Shown piece after piece: positions 37,258 to 47,048 of a DNA stretch of 64,000 nt. The number at the start of each line of letters is the position of its first letter. The first letter of the stretch is position 1. The DNA is from Thermoplasmatota archaeon (lineage in GTDB: Archaea; Thermoplasmatota; E2; DHVEG-1). Under the pieces are notes generated by a model that saw nothing but the letters and a program-made list of their open reading frames with translations, did not search any database and was not told where the DNA came from. The DNA is taken from positions 766 to 64,765 of the forward strand of contig JAUXAU010000006.1 of NCBI GenBank assembly GCA_030619765.1, given 5' to 3'. The position numbers and the translations under genes are program-made.

Positions 37258-38529
37258 ATGGGAAAAAAGGGGATTATTAAGATTTTAGATAAGTTTGAAG
37301 GTGCAATGATTGCTAACTATATCATAAAAGACAATAATATTTATATGGAGCTTAAAAAAGAAAAACCCACCTTTGGATTTAGAAATAAAAAATTTGATTA
37401 TAATTTACATTTTCATTTTGGATTACATAATCAATCCAAAAAAGATGAAATATACAATATTTTTATAGAATGTGACAATAATAATAACAATAATCTTCAC
37501 CATCTTCTGCCAAGATTATGGATTTCTGGCAATATTGATGAAGAATATAAATTGGTAAATAATATTGATGGAAAAACAGATTTTCATGGAAAATATTATT
37601 TTACGGTACATCTAGAGGCAGAACAACTGATATATATAGCAAATTTTCCTCCCATAAGGTTCTCGAGAGTAAATAAGATATTTCAAGATTTATCAGCTAA
37701 ATCACATGCTAAAGAAATAATCATTGGGAGAACTGTTGAAAACCGGTGTATTAAGGCCTATGAATATGGAGATATAAAAAATAAACCCACGATTTTGTTT
37801 GTAGCTGGATTTCATCCCCCTGAACGAGATACTGTAGCTATTATCGCAATAATGGAGAAAATATCAAACAATAATAAATGGAAGGAGGAAATTTGTAATA
37901 ATTACTCCTTTTCATTGATACCTATTCTAAATCCAGATGGTTTTGCTAATGCAATGCAAGGTTCAAACATCAATGAAATCAATTTTCACTGGAAATTTTT
38001 TGGTAATTCAATAGATGAATGTCCAGAAGCTTATAATATCTGGGAATATTGTCTGAGAATAAAACCAATTGTCTTTTTTGATTTCCATGCTTTCACATTT
38101 CAGAATAATAATGCAATGATCTATTGGATACCCAAGGGATATTATGTTAGTAAAAAAACCAGAAGAATACAAAATGATCTAAACAAAAAGCTGAAAAAGC
38201 TTTGTAGTGGAAAATTTAGTACATCTGAAAAAATATTTGCACCAAATCTTCTATCTACAAAATTAAGAAATGATATTGGTACGTTAACTAGTCCTAAATT
38301 CCATCTTCATATGAAAAATGGCATAAATAATTCGAAAGAAATGGCGATAATGTGTTTAGAAATTGTTCTAAGTGTACTTCGTTACCATAGAATTAAATCT
38401 TCTACAGAAATTTTGAAAAAACCTTATGGAAAAATAAAATCTCATATATTGGATAAGATAAGAATAAAACTTCTTTATTTTTGGTATTTTAGGCTAAAAT
38501 CTATTTATAGAAAAATCTTAGGAAATTAA
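37258..38529 (+). CDS. M14-like zinc carboxypeptidase/deacylase-fold protein
   Basis: The motifs are GFHPPERDT (HxxE zinc ligands), ILNPDGF and FFDFHAF (a third His). An Asn run, CDNNNNNNLHH, sits in the N-terminal domain. Confidence 0.5.
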   Translation: MGKKGIIKILDKFEGAMIANYIIKDNNIYMELKKEKPTFGFRNKKFDYNLHFHFGLHNQSKKDEIYNIFIECDNNNNNNLHHLLPRLWISGNIDEEYKLVNNIDGKTDFHGKYYFTVHLEAEQLIYIANFPPIRFSRVNKIFQDLSAKSHAKEIIIGRTVENRCIKAYEYGDIKNKPTILFVAGFHPPERDTVAIIAIMEKISNNNKWKEEICNNYSFSLIPILNPDGFANAMQGSNINEINFHWKFFGNSIDECPEAYNIWEYCLRIKPIVFFDFHAFTFQNNNAMIYWIPKGYYVSKKTRRIQNDLNKKLKKLCSGKFSTSEKIFAPNLLSTKLRNDIGTLTSPKFHLHMKNGINNSKEMAIMCLEIVLSVLRYHRIKSSTEILKKPYGKIKSHILDKIRIKLLYFWYFRLKSIYRKILGN

Positions 38530-38641
38530 AAATATAAGTCTCTATAATAAAATAATAAAAAATTTGATACTATACTAAATTTATATGAATATAGACTTAT
38601 TATTGCTAAAATTATTTAAAAATTGAAACTAGGTTTAAACG

Positions 38642-39514
38642 ATGAAAAATACAAGATACATATATCAGAGAACAATTATTCTCGGAAAAATGAAACTGGC
38701 AGGAGTATTGGGAAAAAAATTTCCAGGCAGATTTGAGAAAAGGATACACAATCCATTATTTATTATTGGATGCGGTCGGAGTGGGACTACAATGTTGACA
38801 ACATTGCTCAGAAATCACAAAGATATTTGTAGTTTTTCTGAAGCTAATGAGATATGGGACCCAGAGGGTTACCGTTGGTATAACACTAATCTTGATCGCC
38901 CACCAATTTGGTTCGATCCAATCACATATACAAAAGTATGGCGGGAATATTTTAATGAGAAATATAAAAGACAGCTAAAAAATGTTTTTGGTTGTTACCA
39001 ATTTATATCAAGAAAAAAGGTGTTTATAAATAAAAGCCCGATGAACACCTTTAGAATACCAGATATATTAGAAATATTTCCTGATGCACGGTTTATACAT
39101 ATTATTCGAGATGGGAGAGCTGTAGCTTTTTCATGGGCTAAAAAAGAATATGCTACTATTCAAAAACACGCAGATGCTTATCGAAAAAGAGGATATTTCT
39201 GTTCTTTTGATGAATTGATAAAGCTCACTGCTCTAAGTTGGGTTAAACACCTAGAGGAGGTTAAAAAGCAAAAAAGAAAACAAAAATTAATTGATAGAGA
39301 TATTTTATTGGAATTTAAATATGAAGACTTTTGTGCTAAACCAAATGAATATCTTGATTTAATATGCCGTTTTTTATCCCTAAATATAAGAAGGTTAGGA
39401 ATAGATGATTTGTCATATATCGATAGCAAGAATTATAAATGGAAGGAAAATCTTAAAGAGAACACTATCAATGAATTAGATAAGATAGTAACCCCATTTT
39501 TGAAAGAAATTTAA
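38642..39514 (+). CDS. sulfotransferase-fold protein 2
   Basis: The 5'-PSB-like loop reads PLFIIGCGRSGTTMLTTLL. The 3'-PB-like strand reads FIHIIRDGRAVAFSW. Confidence 0.75.
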   Translation: MKNTRYIYQRTIILGKMKLAGVLGKKFPGRFEKRIHNPLFIIGCGRSGTTMLTTLLRNHKDICSFSEANEIWDPEGYRWYNTNLDRPPIWFDPITYTKVWREYFNEKYKRQLKNVFGCYQFISRKKVFINKSPMNTFRIPDILEIFPDARFIHIIRDGRAVAFSWAKKEYATIQKHADAYRKRGYFCSFDELIKLTALSWVKHLEEVKKQKRKQKLIDRDILLEFKYEDFCAKPNEYLDLICRFLSLNIRRLGIDDLSYIDSKNYKWKENLKENTINELDKIVTPFLKEI

Positions 39515-39625
39515 TTTGATTTCGTAATTAAAATTTTTAGAACCGTATTAGATTTATTGTAATTGAATAATGTACAATATAAGACACAATATTATTAGAA
39601 AAATGATTTAAGTGATAGGGTAATA

Positions 39626-40753
39626 ATGAAAAAGATATGCTTTGTATTAGCTAACTATTTTAAATATTACAAGGGCGGAGCAGAATTACAAGCTTATTTC
39701 ATAGGTAGGGAATTAGCTGAAAGTGTTGAATTACATTACTTATTTATGAAGCATCCAAATTTTAACAGAATAGAATTTCAAGGAATTGATCATGGAATAA
39801 TATTACATCCTATGAAACAGTATGTTTATAAGAATTTTGGAAAATTCTTTTTTATGAATTACCGTGAATTATTAAGATTACTAGACGATATAAATCCTGA
39901 TTTAATTTATCAGAGAGGAGGGAAGCCTTATATAGGGATGGCGAAGGGATGGTGTAAAAAAAATAATAAAAAGTCGGTTCTTGGAATAAGCATGGAGAGT
40001 AATTGTAGTAAAGCTGGGATATTAAAATTAAATAACAATTTTTTTACCTATCCCTCCAATTTTATTAATGGTAATTTTACTTTTTATGGAATGTATAACG
40101 CTGATTTGATAATTGCTCAAAGTCATCGCCAACAAAAATTATTGCAAAAAAACTTTAATCGCGATAGTATAATAATACCTAATGGACATTATGTCCCTAA
40201 ACCGCCTTTCAAAAAAGCGAATCCGCCAATAATCTCATGGATTGCTAATATTAAAAGATTGAAGCAACCAGAGATTTTTTTAAAACTTGCAGAAAAATAT
40301 CAGAAACAAAATGTTCAGTTCATAATTGCAGGACGACCGGATAGGAGCTCATACCAGAAATTGCTAATCGAAAAAGCTAGTAAGTTACCAAATTTAAGCT
40401 ATCTAGGCGAGATTTCCTTTAAGAAAACAAATGAATTATTATCAAAATCTTTATTATTCGTGAATACTAGTATAACTGAAGGTTTTCCTAATACATATAT
40501 ACAGGCATGGATGAGAGAAACCCCTGTTGTCGCATTGAACAGTGATCCAGATGATTTAATTAAAAGCCATAAATTGGGATTTCATTCTGGTAGCTTTAAA
40601 CAGTTAATTAAAGATGTTGGATATTTAATAGAAAATGAAGATGAACGAAGAGAAATGGGGAAAAAAGCTAGAAAATATGCTATTAACAACCACGACATTA
40701 AAAAAATTGGAAAAAAGTATTTTGAGGTTTTTGAAAAGCTGGTAAATCAATGA
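39626..40753 (+). CDS. GT4-family glycosyltransferase
   Basis: It carries the NTSITEGFPNTYIQAWMRETPVVA block and has GT-B length. Confidence 0.7.
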   Translation: MKKICFVLANYFKYYKGGAELQAYFIGRELAESVELHYLFMKHPNFNRIEFQGIDHGIILHPMKQYVYKNFGKFFFMNYRELLRLLDDINPDLIYQRGGKPYIGMAKGWCKKNNKKSVLGISMESNCSKAGILKLNNNFFTYPSNFINGNFTFYGMYNADLIIAQSHRQQKLLQKNFNRDSIIIPNGHYVPKPPFKKANPPIISWIANIKRLKQPEIFLKLAEKYQKQNVQFIIAGRPDRSSYQKLLIEKASKLPNLSYLGEISFKKTNELLSKSLLFVNTSITEGFPNTYIQAWMRETPVVALNSDPDDLIKSHKLGFHSGSFKQLIKDVGYLIENEDERREMGKKARKYAINNHDIKKIGKKYFEVFEKLVNQ

Positions 40754-41961
40754 ATATTCTATTTTTTTCTTCAAATTCACCATATTCAGAAATTAAATCA
40801 TTTAAAGGACGGATTGGTGGAGCTGAGATAAATTTACGAGTTATTGCAGAAGAGCTTGCAAATTTGGGGTATAGTACCTGCTATTATTCAACTAAAAAGG
40901 GGAAGCCTGTAAAAAAAAATGTAAATGGTGTATCCACCTACCACTTTCCAAATATTTTAATGCCAATATTTCATAAAAACCTGTCATTAATCAGAAAGTA
41001 CAATGAAAAGTTAGTGATGATTCAGCAAAAAAACCAGATTGAAAAAATCATAAAAAAGAAAAACATTGATCTCATACATACTTATTCAACATACCCGGAT
41101 ACTTTTCTATCGATTAGTGCTGCAAAGAAATCCGGCGTTCCAATTGTTCAGAGAGTTGCGGGAAGAGCATGGTATAACCTTTTAATTGAGAATCCTTCAT
41201 TGAAAAAGAAAATTGAATGGACTTTTAATGAAGTCGATATGATGTTGTTTATCTCAGATTTCATCAAGGGTAAAACTTATGATTATTTTCAAGAGTTGGG
41301 TTTTAAAGTAAATACTCCATTCGAAATAAATGACATTGGAATAAATTATAATCAACTTAAAAATATCGATTTGGAAAAGGTTAAATCTAAGTACAATCTA
41401 TCAGATGATGAAAAGATAATTTTATGTGTGGAATCATTTAAAAATTACTCAAAAAGACAAGATATATTAATCAAAGCGGTACCAAATGTTTTAGAGAAAA
41501 TTAATAATTTGAAGGTATTACTTGTAGGTAAAGGACCTAATTTTCAACGGATGAAAGATTTGGCATATGAGCTCGGGGTTCATCGAAAAATTCGTTTTTT
41601 AGGCGAGATTCCTCATAGGGATGTGTTGGCGATCATGTCAATTGCAGAAATTGTAGCTCATCCCACAGAATTTGAAGGTTATTCTACTGTTATGAGGGAG
41701 TCTTTGGCTTTAGGGAAACCATTTTTAGTTTCTGATATTGAACCTATGAATAATGTTATTAGAGACGGTTATAATGGTATGTTGGTAGAAAATAATCCAA
41801 TAAAATTTGCAGAAAAAATTGTTTATCTTCTTAAAAATAATAAAATAAGGAAATCTATTGAAAAAAATGCTGCTACATATGCGAAAAAAAATTTTGATTC
41901 TAAAAAAAACGTTCTGAAATATGAAAAACTTTTTTTAGAAATTTGCCATAAAAACAAATGA
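40750..41961 (+). CDS. GT4-family glycosyltransferase
   Basis: It carries the PTEFEGYSTVMRESLALGKPFLVSD block and shares an ATGA overlap with the upstream gene. Confidence 0.8.
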   Translation: MNILFFSSNSPYSEIKSFKGRIGGAEINLRVIAEELANLGYSTCYYSTKKGKPVKKNVNGVSTYHFPNILMPIFHKNLSLIRKYNEKLVMIQQKNQIEKIIKKKNIDLIHTYSTYPDTFLSISAAKKSGVPIVQRVAGRAWYNLLIENPSLKKKIEWTFNEVDMMLFISDFIKGKTYDYFQELGFKVNTPFEINDIGINYNQLKNIDLEKVKSKYNLSDDEKIILCVESFKNYSKRQDILIKAVPNVLEKINNLKVLLVGKGPNFQRMKDLAYELGVHRKIRFLGEIPHRDVLAIMSIAEIVAHPTEFEGYSTVMRESLALGKPFLVSDIEPMNNVIRDGYNGMLVENNPIKFAEKIVYLLKNNKIRKSIEKNAATYAKKNFDSKKNVLKYEKLFLEICHKNK

Positions 41962-42247
41962 AGAATTAAGTTGAAAAGAAATTGATATTGTTCTGACCGA
42001 TTGGATTAGGTTCTTTTACTGCTAATACTATTTTGTATATTGATGAAGTATATGTTTTCCTGAATTGTTATTGTATGTTTTTCAATTTTTTTATCAAGAG
42101 TCATAATCGCTAGATAGTGGATGAATTGTCTGGAGAATAAAGATTCGGGAAAAGGTGTTTTTCTTTACGAAAAGAAAGGTTTCGACATTTATCTCCTGGA
42201 AAAGGTAACCTACTCTTTCTATTGTTACAATTAAAAAAGAAGGATCC

Positions 42248-43528
42248 ATGAATAAATATAAAGATATCGTCAAATTGCTTATGCCATCAAAAAAAATGTT
42301 GAGAGGACTAAAAAATGCTTCATATTTAAATATTGGAAAATTTTTGTCAATGGTTATTAACTTTTTCGGATTCGTTTACATTGCAAGATTATTGGGTCCT
42401 AGTGGCTATGGAATTTATGTAACCGTAGGTGCTTTTGTTGGACTATTCAGTATTATTACTTTCGGTGGACTAAATAAGGTTGTATTACGGGAAGGATCAA
42501 AAGACTTAGATCAGATGGAGAGGTATTTTGAAAAAATCATGGGTATAAAAATTCTTTTTACTTTCATTTCTATTAATATTTGCATAATTACTTCCGCTGT
42601 TCTGCCTTATACATTACAAGAGAAATTATACATAATAATTTTTTCATTTACTTTAATATATACTTCTTTTAATGGTTTTTTTGGAACTATTTATATCGCT
42701 GCTGAAAAAATGCAGTATAACGCAGCACTATATATCTTGGACAGGATTTTGTTTGTTGCCCTTGCAATTGCTTTTTTATCTATGGGATTAGGAATTTTGA
42801 CGTTAATTACCATAACTCTTTTTTCACATTTTTTTACTCTTATACTTAATTATAGACTAACTAAAAGATTTTTGAGTTTTAAATTCTTTAATAAAATAAA
42901 GTGGGATAAGGCTATATTGGGATCTTCATTAATTTTTAGTATATTATCTTTTACAGTTTTATTATCAACCAGAATAGATTTGGTAATGATATCTTGGTTA
43001 GGTTCCTCGGAAGATGTAGGTATTTACGGTGTGGCCTATCAAATAATTCATGCCTTTGGGAGTGTTAGAAATTTATTGGCTACTGCATTTTTTCCAATAT
43101 CTGTGAAAATGTTTCGTAAACATATCGTTAGCTGGAAAAAACTTTTAAAATATGCTTTTTTACTAAGTTCCGGAATTTTATTACTAGGTGTTGTGGGATC
43201 TATCTATTCTGAGCAAGGTATTACATTATTATTTGGAGCAGAATATTCTGAGTCTGGTGTGATATTATCTGTTTTGATTTTCTACCTGGCTTTTAGTTTT
43301 TTTACCATACCATTTTCAATTACTCTTCAGGCAACACATAATGAAAGAATGAACTTAAAGCTTTGTTGGATTGGCCCTACTTTGAACATTGGTCTGAATT
43401 ATATATTTTTTAACATTTTTGGACTTATAGGTATAGCTTATTCAACATTGGTCGTTGGTTTAATTAGGGTTCCGATTTTCGTTTTCTTTACTTGGAGAAC
43501 ACTTAAAAAACAGAATAAGATAATATAA
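42248..43528 (+). CDS. wzx: MOP-superfamily polysaccharide flippase (Wzx-like)
   Basis: 426 aa with about 12 TM segments. The Wzx-like N-terminus reads LKNASYLNIGKFLSMVINFFGFVYIARLLGPSGYG. Confidence 0.7.
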   Translation: MNKYKDIVKLLMPSKKMLRGLKNASYLNIGKFLSMVINFFGFVYIARLLGPSGYGIYVTVGAFVGLFSIITFGGLNKVVLREGSKDLDQMERYFEKIMGIKILFTFISINICIITSAVLPYTLQEKLYIIIFSFTLIYTSFNGFFGTIYIAAEKMQYNAALYILDRILFVALAIAFLSMGLGILTLITITLFSHFFTLILNYRLTKRFLSFKFFNKIKWDKAILGSSLIFSILSFTVLLSTRIDLVMISWLGSSEDVGIYGVAYQIIHAFGSVRNLLATAFFPISVKMFRKHIVSWKKLLKYAFLLSSGILLLGVVGSIYSEQGITLLFGAEYSESGVILSVLIFYLAFSFFTIPFSITLQATHNERMNLKLCWIGPTLNIGLNYIFFNIFGLIGIAYSTLVVGLIRVPIFVFFTWRTLKKQNKII

Positions 43529-43675
43529 ATGAACATTGTTTATATCATGAGAAAAAGAAGACAAATTCAATTTTGTTGAAGGTTACATCTAGATAGGAGA
43601 TTTTATAAATGTCCGCATACATAATATCTCAATTTCTAGGTAAGTCAAAATTCAGGTTATCCTTGGGAGTATATT

Positions 43676-45034
43676 ATGATACCATTGAATAATTCAATCT
43701 TTAAGTCATTTATTGCTCTTGATTTTATAAGGAAAAAACGATTTGCCTTTTTTAAAACGCTTCAAAAGCTAAAATATTCTCAGTATTATCCAGAAGATAA
43801 ACTCAAAGAAATTCAAATTAGGAAATTAAAACAATTAGTGCAATATTCTTATGAGAATGTTCCATATTATCATCGATTATTCAAACAAAATGGTGTCCAT
43901 CCAAATGATATAAAATCTCTTGAAGATTTGAAGAAGATTCCAGTTCTTACAAAGAAGAAAATTCAAAATAACATGGATAAAATGATATCCATAAAAAAGA
44001 GCAGAAATAATTTACTTAAAAATTATACAGGTGGATCAACCGGAAAACCTTTAACTTTTTATCAATGCTACAATTATCTAAACTATGCCCAAGCAGGAAA
44101 AATTCTTGCTTGGTATATTATCCCAGGATTTGATTACGGAACTCGAACAGCATTGTTATGGTCAGCACATAGAGACATAAGAAGTAATCAATCTTTACTC
44201 TATCAAATAAAAAAATATTTAGATGGTACAGTTACTATGAATGCAAATAAAATAAATGATATAAAATTGGAAATTTTCATCAAATACATTGATAAATTTA
44301 AACCTTTTATTCTCAGAGGATACCCTTCTATACTATGTTATCTTGCAAAATATATTGACAAACATCAAATAGATATCCCAGATATTTCTTGTGTAATTAC
44401 AACAGCAGAAGTACTACATGAAGATCAGAGGGAAAAACTCGCAAAGGTATTTAAATGTCACATATTAAATTCCTATGGCTGCAGAGAAGTTAGTCAAATA
44501 GCTATGGAATGCCCCAAGCACAATGGATTACATGTAATGATGGAAAATCAAATCGTAGAACTATTGGATACAAATGAAGATGTCGTCCCAACCGAGATAG
44601 GTTCTGTTGTTGTCACAAATCTCAATAATTATGGTATGCCATTCATTCGATATGAAGTTGAAGATATGGCTCGACGATCTTCGATCGATAAATGCGGGTG
44701 TAATAGAGGTTTATCTTTGATAGATAACATTATTGGTAGAGAAAAAGGTTTTATTATTACGCCTAATGGAAATAATATATACTTTGGATATTTTGAAATG
44801 AAATTTTATGGGTTTCCTGGTGTTGAAGAATATCAAGTAATTCAGGAAGAATTAGATAAAATTGTGATTTTAGTAGTTGGAGATATTGACCGTTCTAAAG
44901 ATAAAATGGAAGAATTAAGGAAAGAGATGATGACTGAACTAGGAGAGCATATTCAAATAGAGGTTGAATATGTTGATCAGATAAAAAGATCTGACACAGG
45001 TAAATATCAAAGAGTAATTTCAAAAGTACATTAA
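43676..45034 (+). CDS. adenylate-forming ligase of the PaaK / coenzyme F390 synthetase / CapK type
   Basis: The AMP-binding P-loop-like motif reads YTGGSTGKPLTF. The length and C-terminal small domain fit the family, with the motif GKYQRVIS near the end. Confidence 0.7.
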   Translation: MIPLNNSIFKSFIALDFIRKKRFAFFKTLQKLKYSQYYPEDKLKEIQIRKLKQLVQYSYENVPYYHRLFKQNGVHPNDIKSLEDLKKIPVLTKKKIQNNMDKMISIKKSRNNLLKNYTGGSTGKPLTFYQCYNYLNYAQAGKILAWYIIPGFDYGTRTALLWSAHRDIRSNQSLLYQIKKYLDGTVTMNANKINDIKLEIFIKYIDKFKPFILRGYPSILCYLAKYIDKHQIDIPDISCVITTAEVLHEDQREKLAKVFKCHILNSYGCREVSQIAMECPKHNGLHVMMENQIVELLDTNEDVVPTEIGSVVVTNLNNYGMPFIRYEVEDMARRSSIDKCGCNRGLSLIDNIIGREKGFIITPNGNNIYFGYFEMKFYGFPGVEEYQVIQEELDKIVILVVGDIDRSKDKMEELRKEMMTELGEHIQIEVEYVDQIKRSDTGKYQRVISKVH

Positions 45035-45071
45035 ATATATGTTATAGTATTGTTTCTTCGTAAAGTGAGGT

Positions 45072-45242
45072 ATGATGGTAATGAATTATTTAAATCAAAT
45101 TAACAAAAAAGAAATAAGGATGAATAATGTTGACTCCGATAATCCTTTGAATATAATAATTACAGGTGATTTTTCTCCTATAAACAGAATAGAGGTTTTA
45201 TGCAAAAATAAAAGCTATTGTACCGGATACCCCCACCTTTAG
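45072..45242 (+). pseudogene. 56-codon ORF, possibly the N-terminal remnant of a larger gene (MMVMNYLNQINKKEIRMNNVDSDNPLNIIITGDFSPINRIEVLCKNKSYCTGYPHL*)
   Basis: It sits in a 280-bp gap inside an otherwise tightly packed locus. NIIITGDFSP resembles the first metal-binding strand of CapA/metallophosphoesterase-type proteins. The frame terminates early. Confidence 0.2.
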
Positions 45243-45314
45243 ATGGATTTATTTTGGGAGGATGTCATGATATAGAGCAAATATTTTTTAAATCATTGTA
45301 TGTTTCTCCTATAG

Positions 45315-46226
45315 ATGTTTATTAATAAACTACGGCGAAGAATTTCGAACTCTAAGCCTTTATTAAAAATATGGTCAATATCATTAAAGAAGGATTTTTG
45401 TAGGGCTGGTTTATTAAAAGATTATTGCTGGAGTAAAATTGAACCTAGTTTTATTGTTAGTACAGGTCGTACTGGAACGAAATTTTTAGCAACATTTTTC
45501 AACAGGTATTGTAAGGATACATTGTCTTTACATGAACCAAGTCCCACTATGTTTTATCTTGGAACAGATTTTATAAAAGGTAATATTTCCTTTCGTGAAG
45601 CATCAAACGGATTTGACATTCAACGTCTACACATATGCAGAAGGTTAAATAAAAACAATATTAGATTCTATATTGAGTCTAACGGTTATTTGTCAAGTCT
45701 TATTCCAGTGATTAATGTTTTTTATAATAATGCTAAATTTGTTTATATTATAAGGAATGGTAAGGATTATGTCCGGTCATATTACAGCAAGAGGCCTTCA
45801 AATAAAGGTTACTATGCTCTTTCAGATGAAAGTCCAATGAAAGGCATTAATTCAAATGATTTCCTGGATGACAGATTTTATGGACAATGGGATAACATGT
45901 CGAGATTTGAACGTGTGTGTTGGATTTGGGTTAAGAGAAACCAGATGATTGAAAGTTCTTTAACTGAGGATATCAGTTGGATAAAAGTTAGATTTGAAGA
46001 CATATTTAGTAATGGTTGTACGGGTCTTTGGGAAATTATTGATTTTTTGGATTTAAGAAACCAAATTAAAATCGATAGCTCAGAAACAGTTAAAATTCTT
46101 GCTGATGCTTTAAATATAAACAAAAAATATTTACTTCCAAAAAATTTTAAAGATTGGCCAGATGACAAAAAAGATATTTTTGAAGAGATTTGTGGAGAAT
46201 ACATGGAAAAATCAGGGTACAGATGA
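45315..46226 (+). CDS. sulfotransferase-fold protein 3 (more divergent)
   Basis: The 5'-PSB-like loop reads SFIVSTGRTGTKFLATFF. The 3'-PB-like strand FVYIIRNGKDYVRSYYS is parallel to IIRDGRAVAFSW in protein 2. Confidence 0.55.
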   Translation: MFINKLRRRISNSKPLLKIWSISLKKDFCRAGLLKDYCWSKIEPSFIVSTGRTGTKFLATFFNRYCKDTLSLHEPSPTMFYLGTDFIKGNISFREASNGFDIQRLHICRRLNKNNIRFYIESNGYLSSLIPVINVFYNNAKFVYIIRNGKDYVRSYYSKRPSNKGYYALSDESPMKGINSNDFLDDRFYGQWDNMSRFERVCWIWVKRNQMIESSLTEDISWIKVRFEDIFSNGCTGLWEIIDFLDLRNQIKIDSSETVKILADALNINKKYLLPKNFKDWPDDKKDIFEEICGEYMEKSGYR

Positions 46227-46303
46227 AGATGTTGTTCTACTTGTGTTATTTAAGCTAGATATACCAAAACATTTAATAAAAACTATTTTATTGATTTCAA
46301 ATC

Positions 46304-46960
46304 ATGGTATATTATAAAGGGAGTTTTATTAGGGCACCTATTTGCTGGAGGATTAGAGAGCTTGTTCAGGCTGTTCTAAAAAAACTTAATTTTAGTATGT
46401 CATATGATAAAACAATGGATCTCTTTCAAAGAAAAGGATTAATAATAGGTAAAAATGTCCATATTGAGAGAAATGTAAAAATTGATGACAATTTTTGTCA
46501 TTTAATAAGAATCGGAGATAACTGCCGTATTACTAGAGGTGTTACAATACTTGCTCATGATGGATCAATGCATCATGCTACTGGGGGTTATGGAACAGCA
46601 GGAATAGTAGATATTAAAGAAAATTGCATTATAGGTGTAAATGCAATTATACTTCCGGGGGTAACAATAGGCCCAAATGTTCTTGTAGCAGCTGGTTCCG
46701 TTGTTAATAAGGATATTCCACCCGATTCATGTGTTGCAGGTGTCCCAGCAAGGTATTATGGAAGCTTTAGTGATTTTATATCCAATTTTAAAGAAAAAAT
46801 CGAAAGTAGCTATGTATTTCCACAACTCCAAGCTATAAGCGATTATGAAGAATTTAAAAAAGAAAAGGAAAAAATGATAAAGGAAGCAGAAAAAGGAGAA
46901 ATTATTTACAAAATCATAAAACCAAGGGTTATTTCAAAAAAGATGGATAATAAAAAATAA
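46304..46960 (+). CDS. left-handed beta-helix (hexapeptide-repeat) O-acetyltransferase
   Basis: The hexapeptide region reads IGVNAIILPGVTIGPNVLVAAGSVVNKDIPPDSCVAGVPARY. Confidence 0.75.
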   Translation: MVYYKGSFIRAPICWRIRELVQAVLKKLNFSMSYDKTMDLFQRKGLIIGKNVHIERNVKIDDNFCHLIRIGDNCRITRGVTILAHDGSMHHATGGYGTAGIVDIKENCIIGVNAIILPGVTIGPNVLVAAGSVVNKDIPPDSCVAGVPARYYGSFSDFISNFKEKIESSYVFPQLQAISDYEEFKKEKEKMIKEAEKGEIIYKIIKPRVISKKMDNKK

Positions 46961-47048
46961 TTACTTTCCACTTAACTTAGAGTATTTATTTTAATATCCA
47001 ATATCAAAAGAGCAGCCAATCGATAAGAAAAGATACCAGGTTGAATAA

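Noticed and set aside
41962-42247. A 286-bp gap between the last GT4 gene and wzx that holds short minus-strand ORF fragments
   Set aside because: Only ORFs of about 30 codons are present, with no motifs. It is most simply an internal promoter or intergenic region of the locus.
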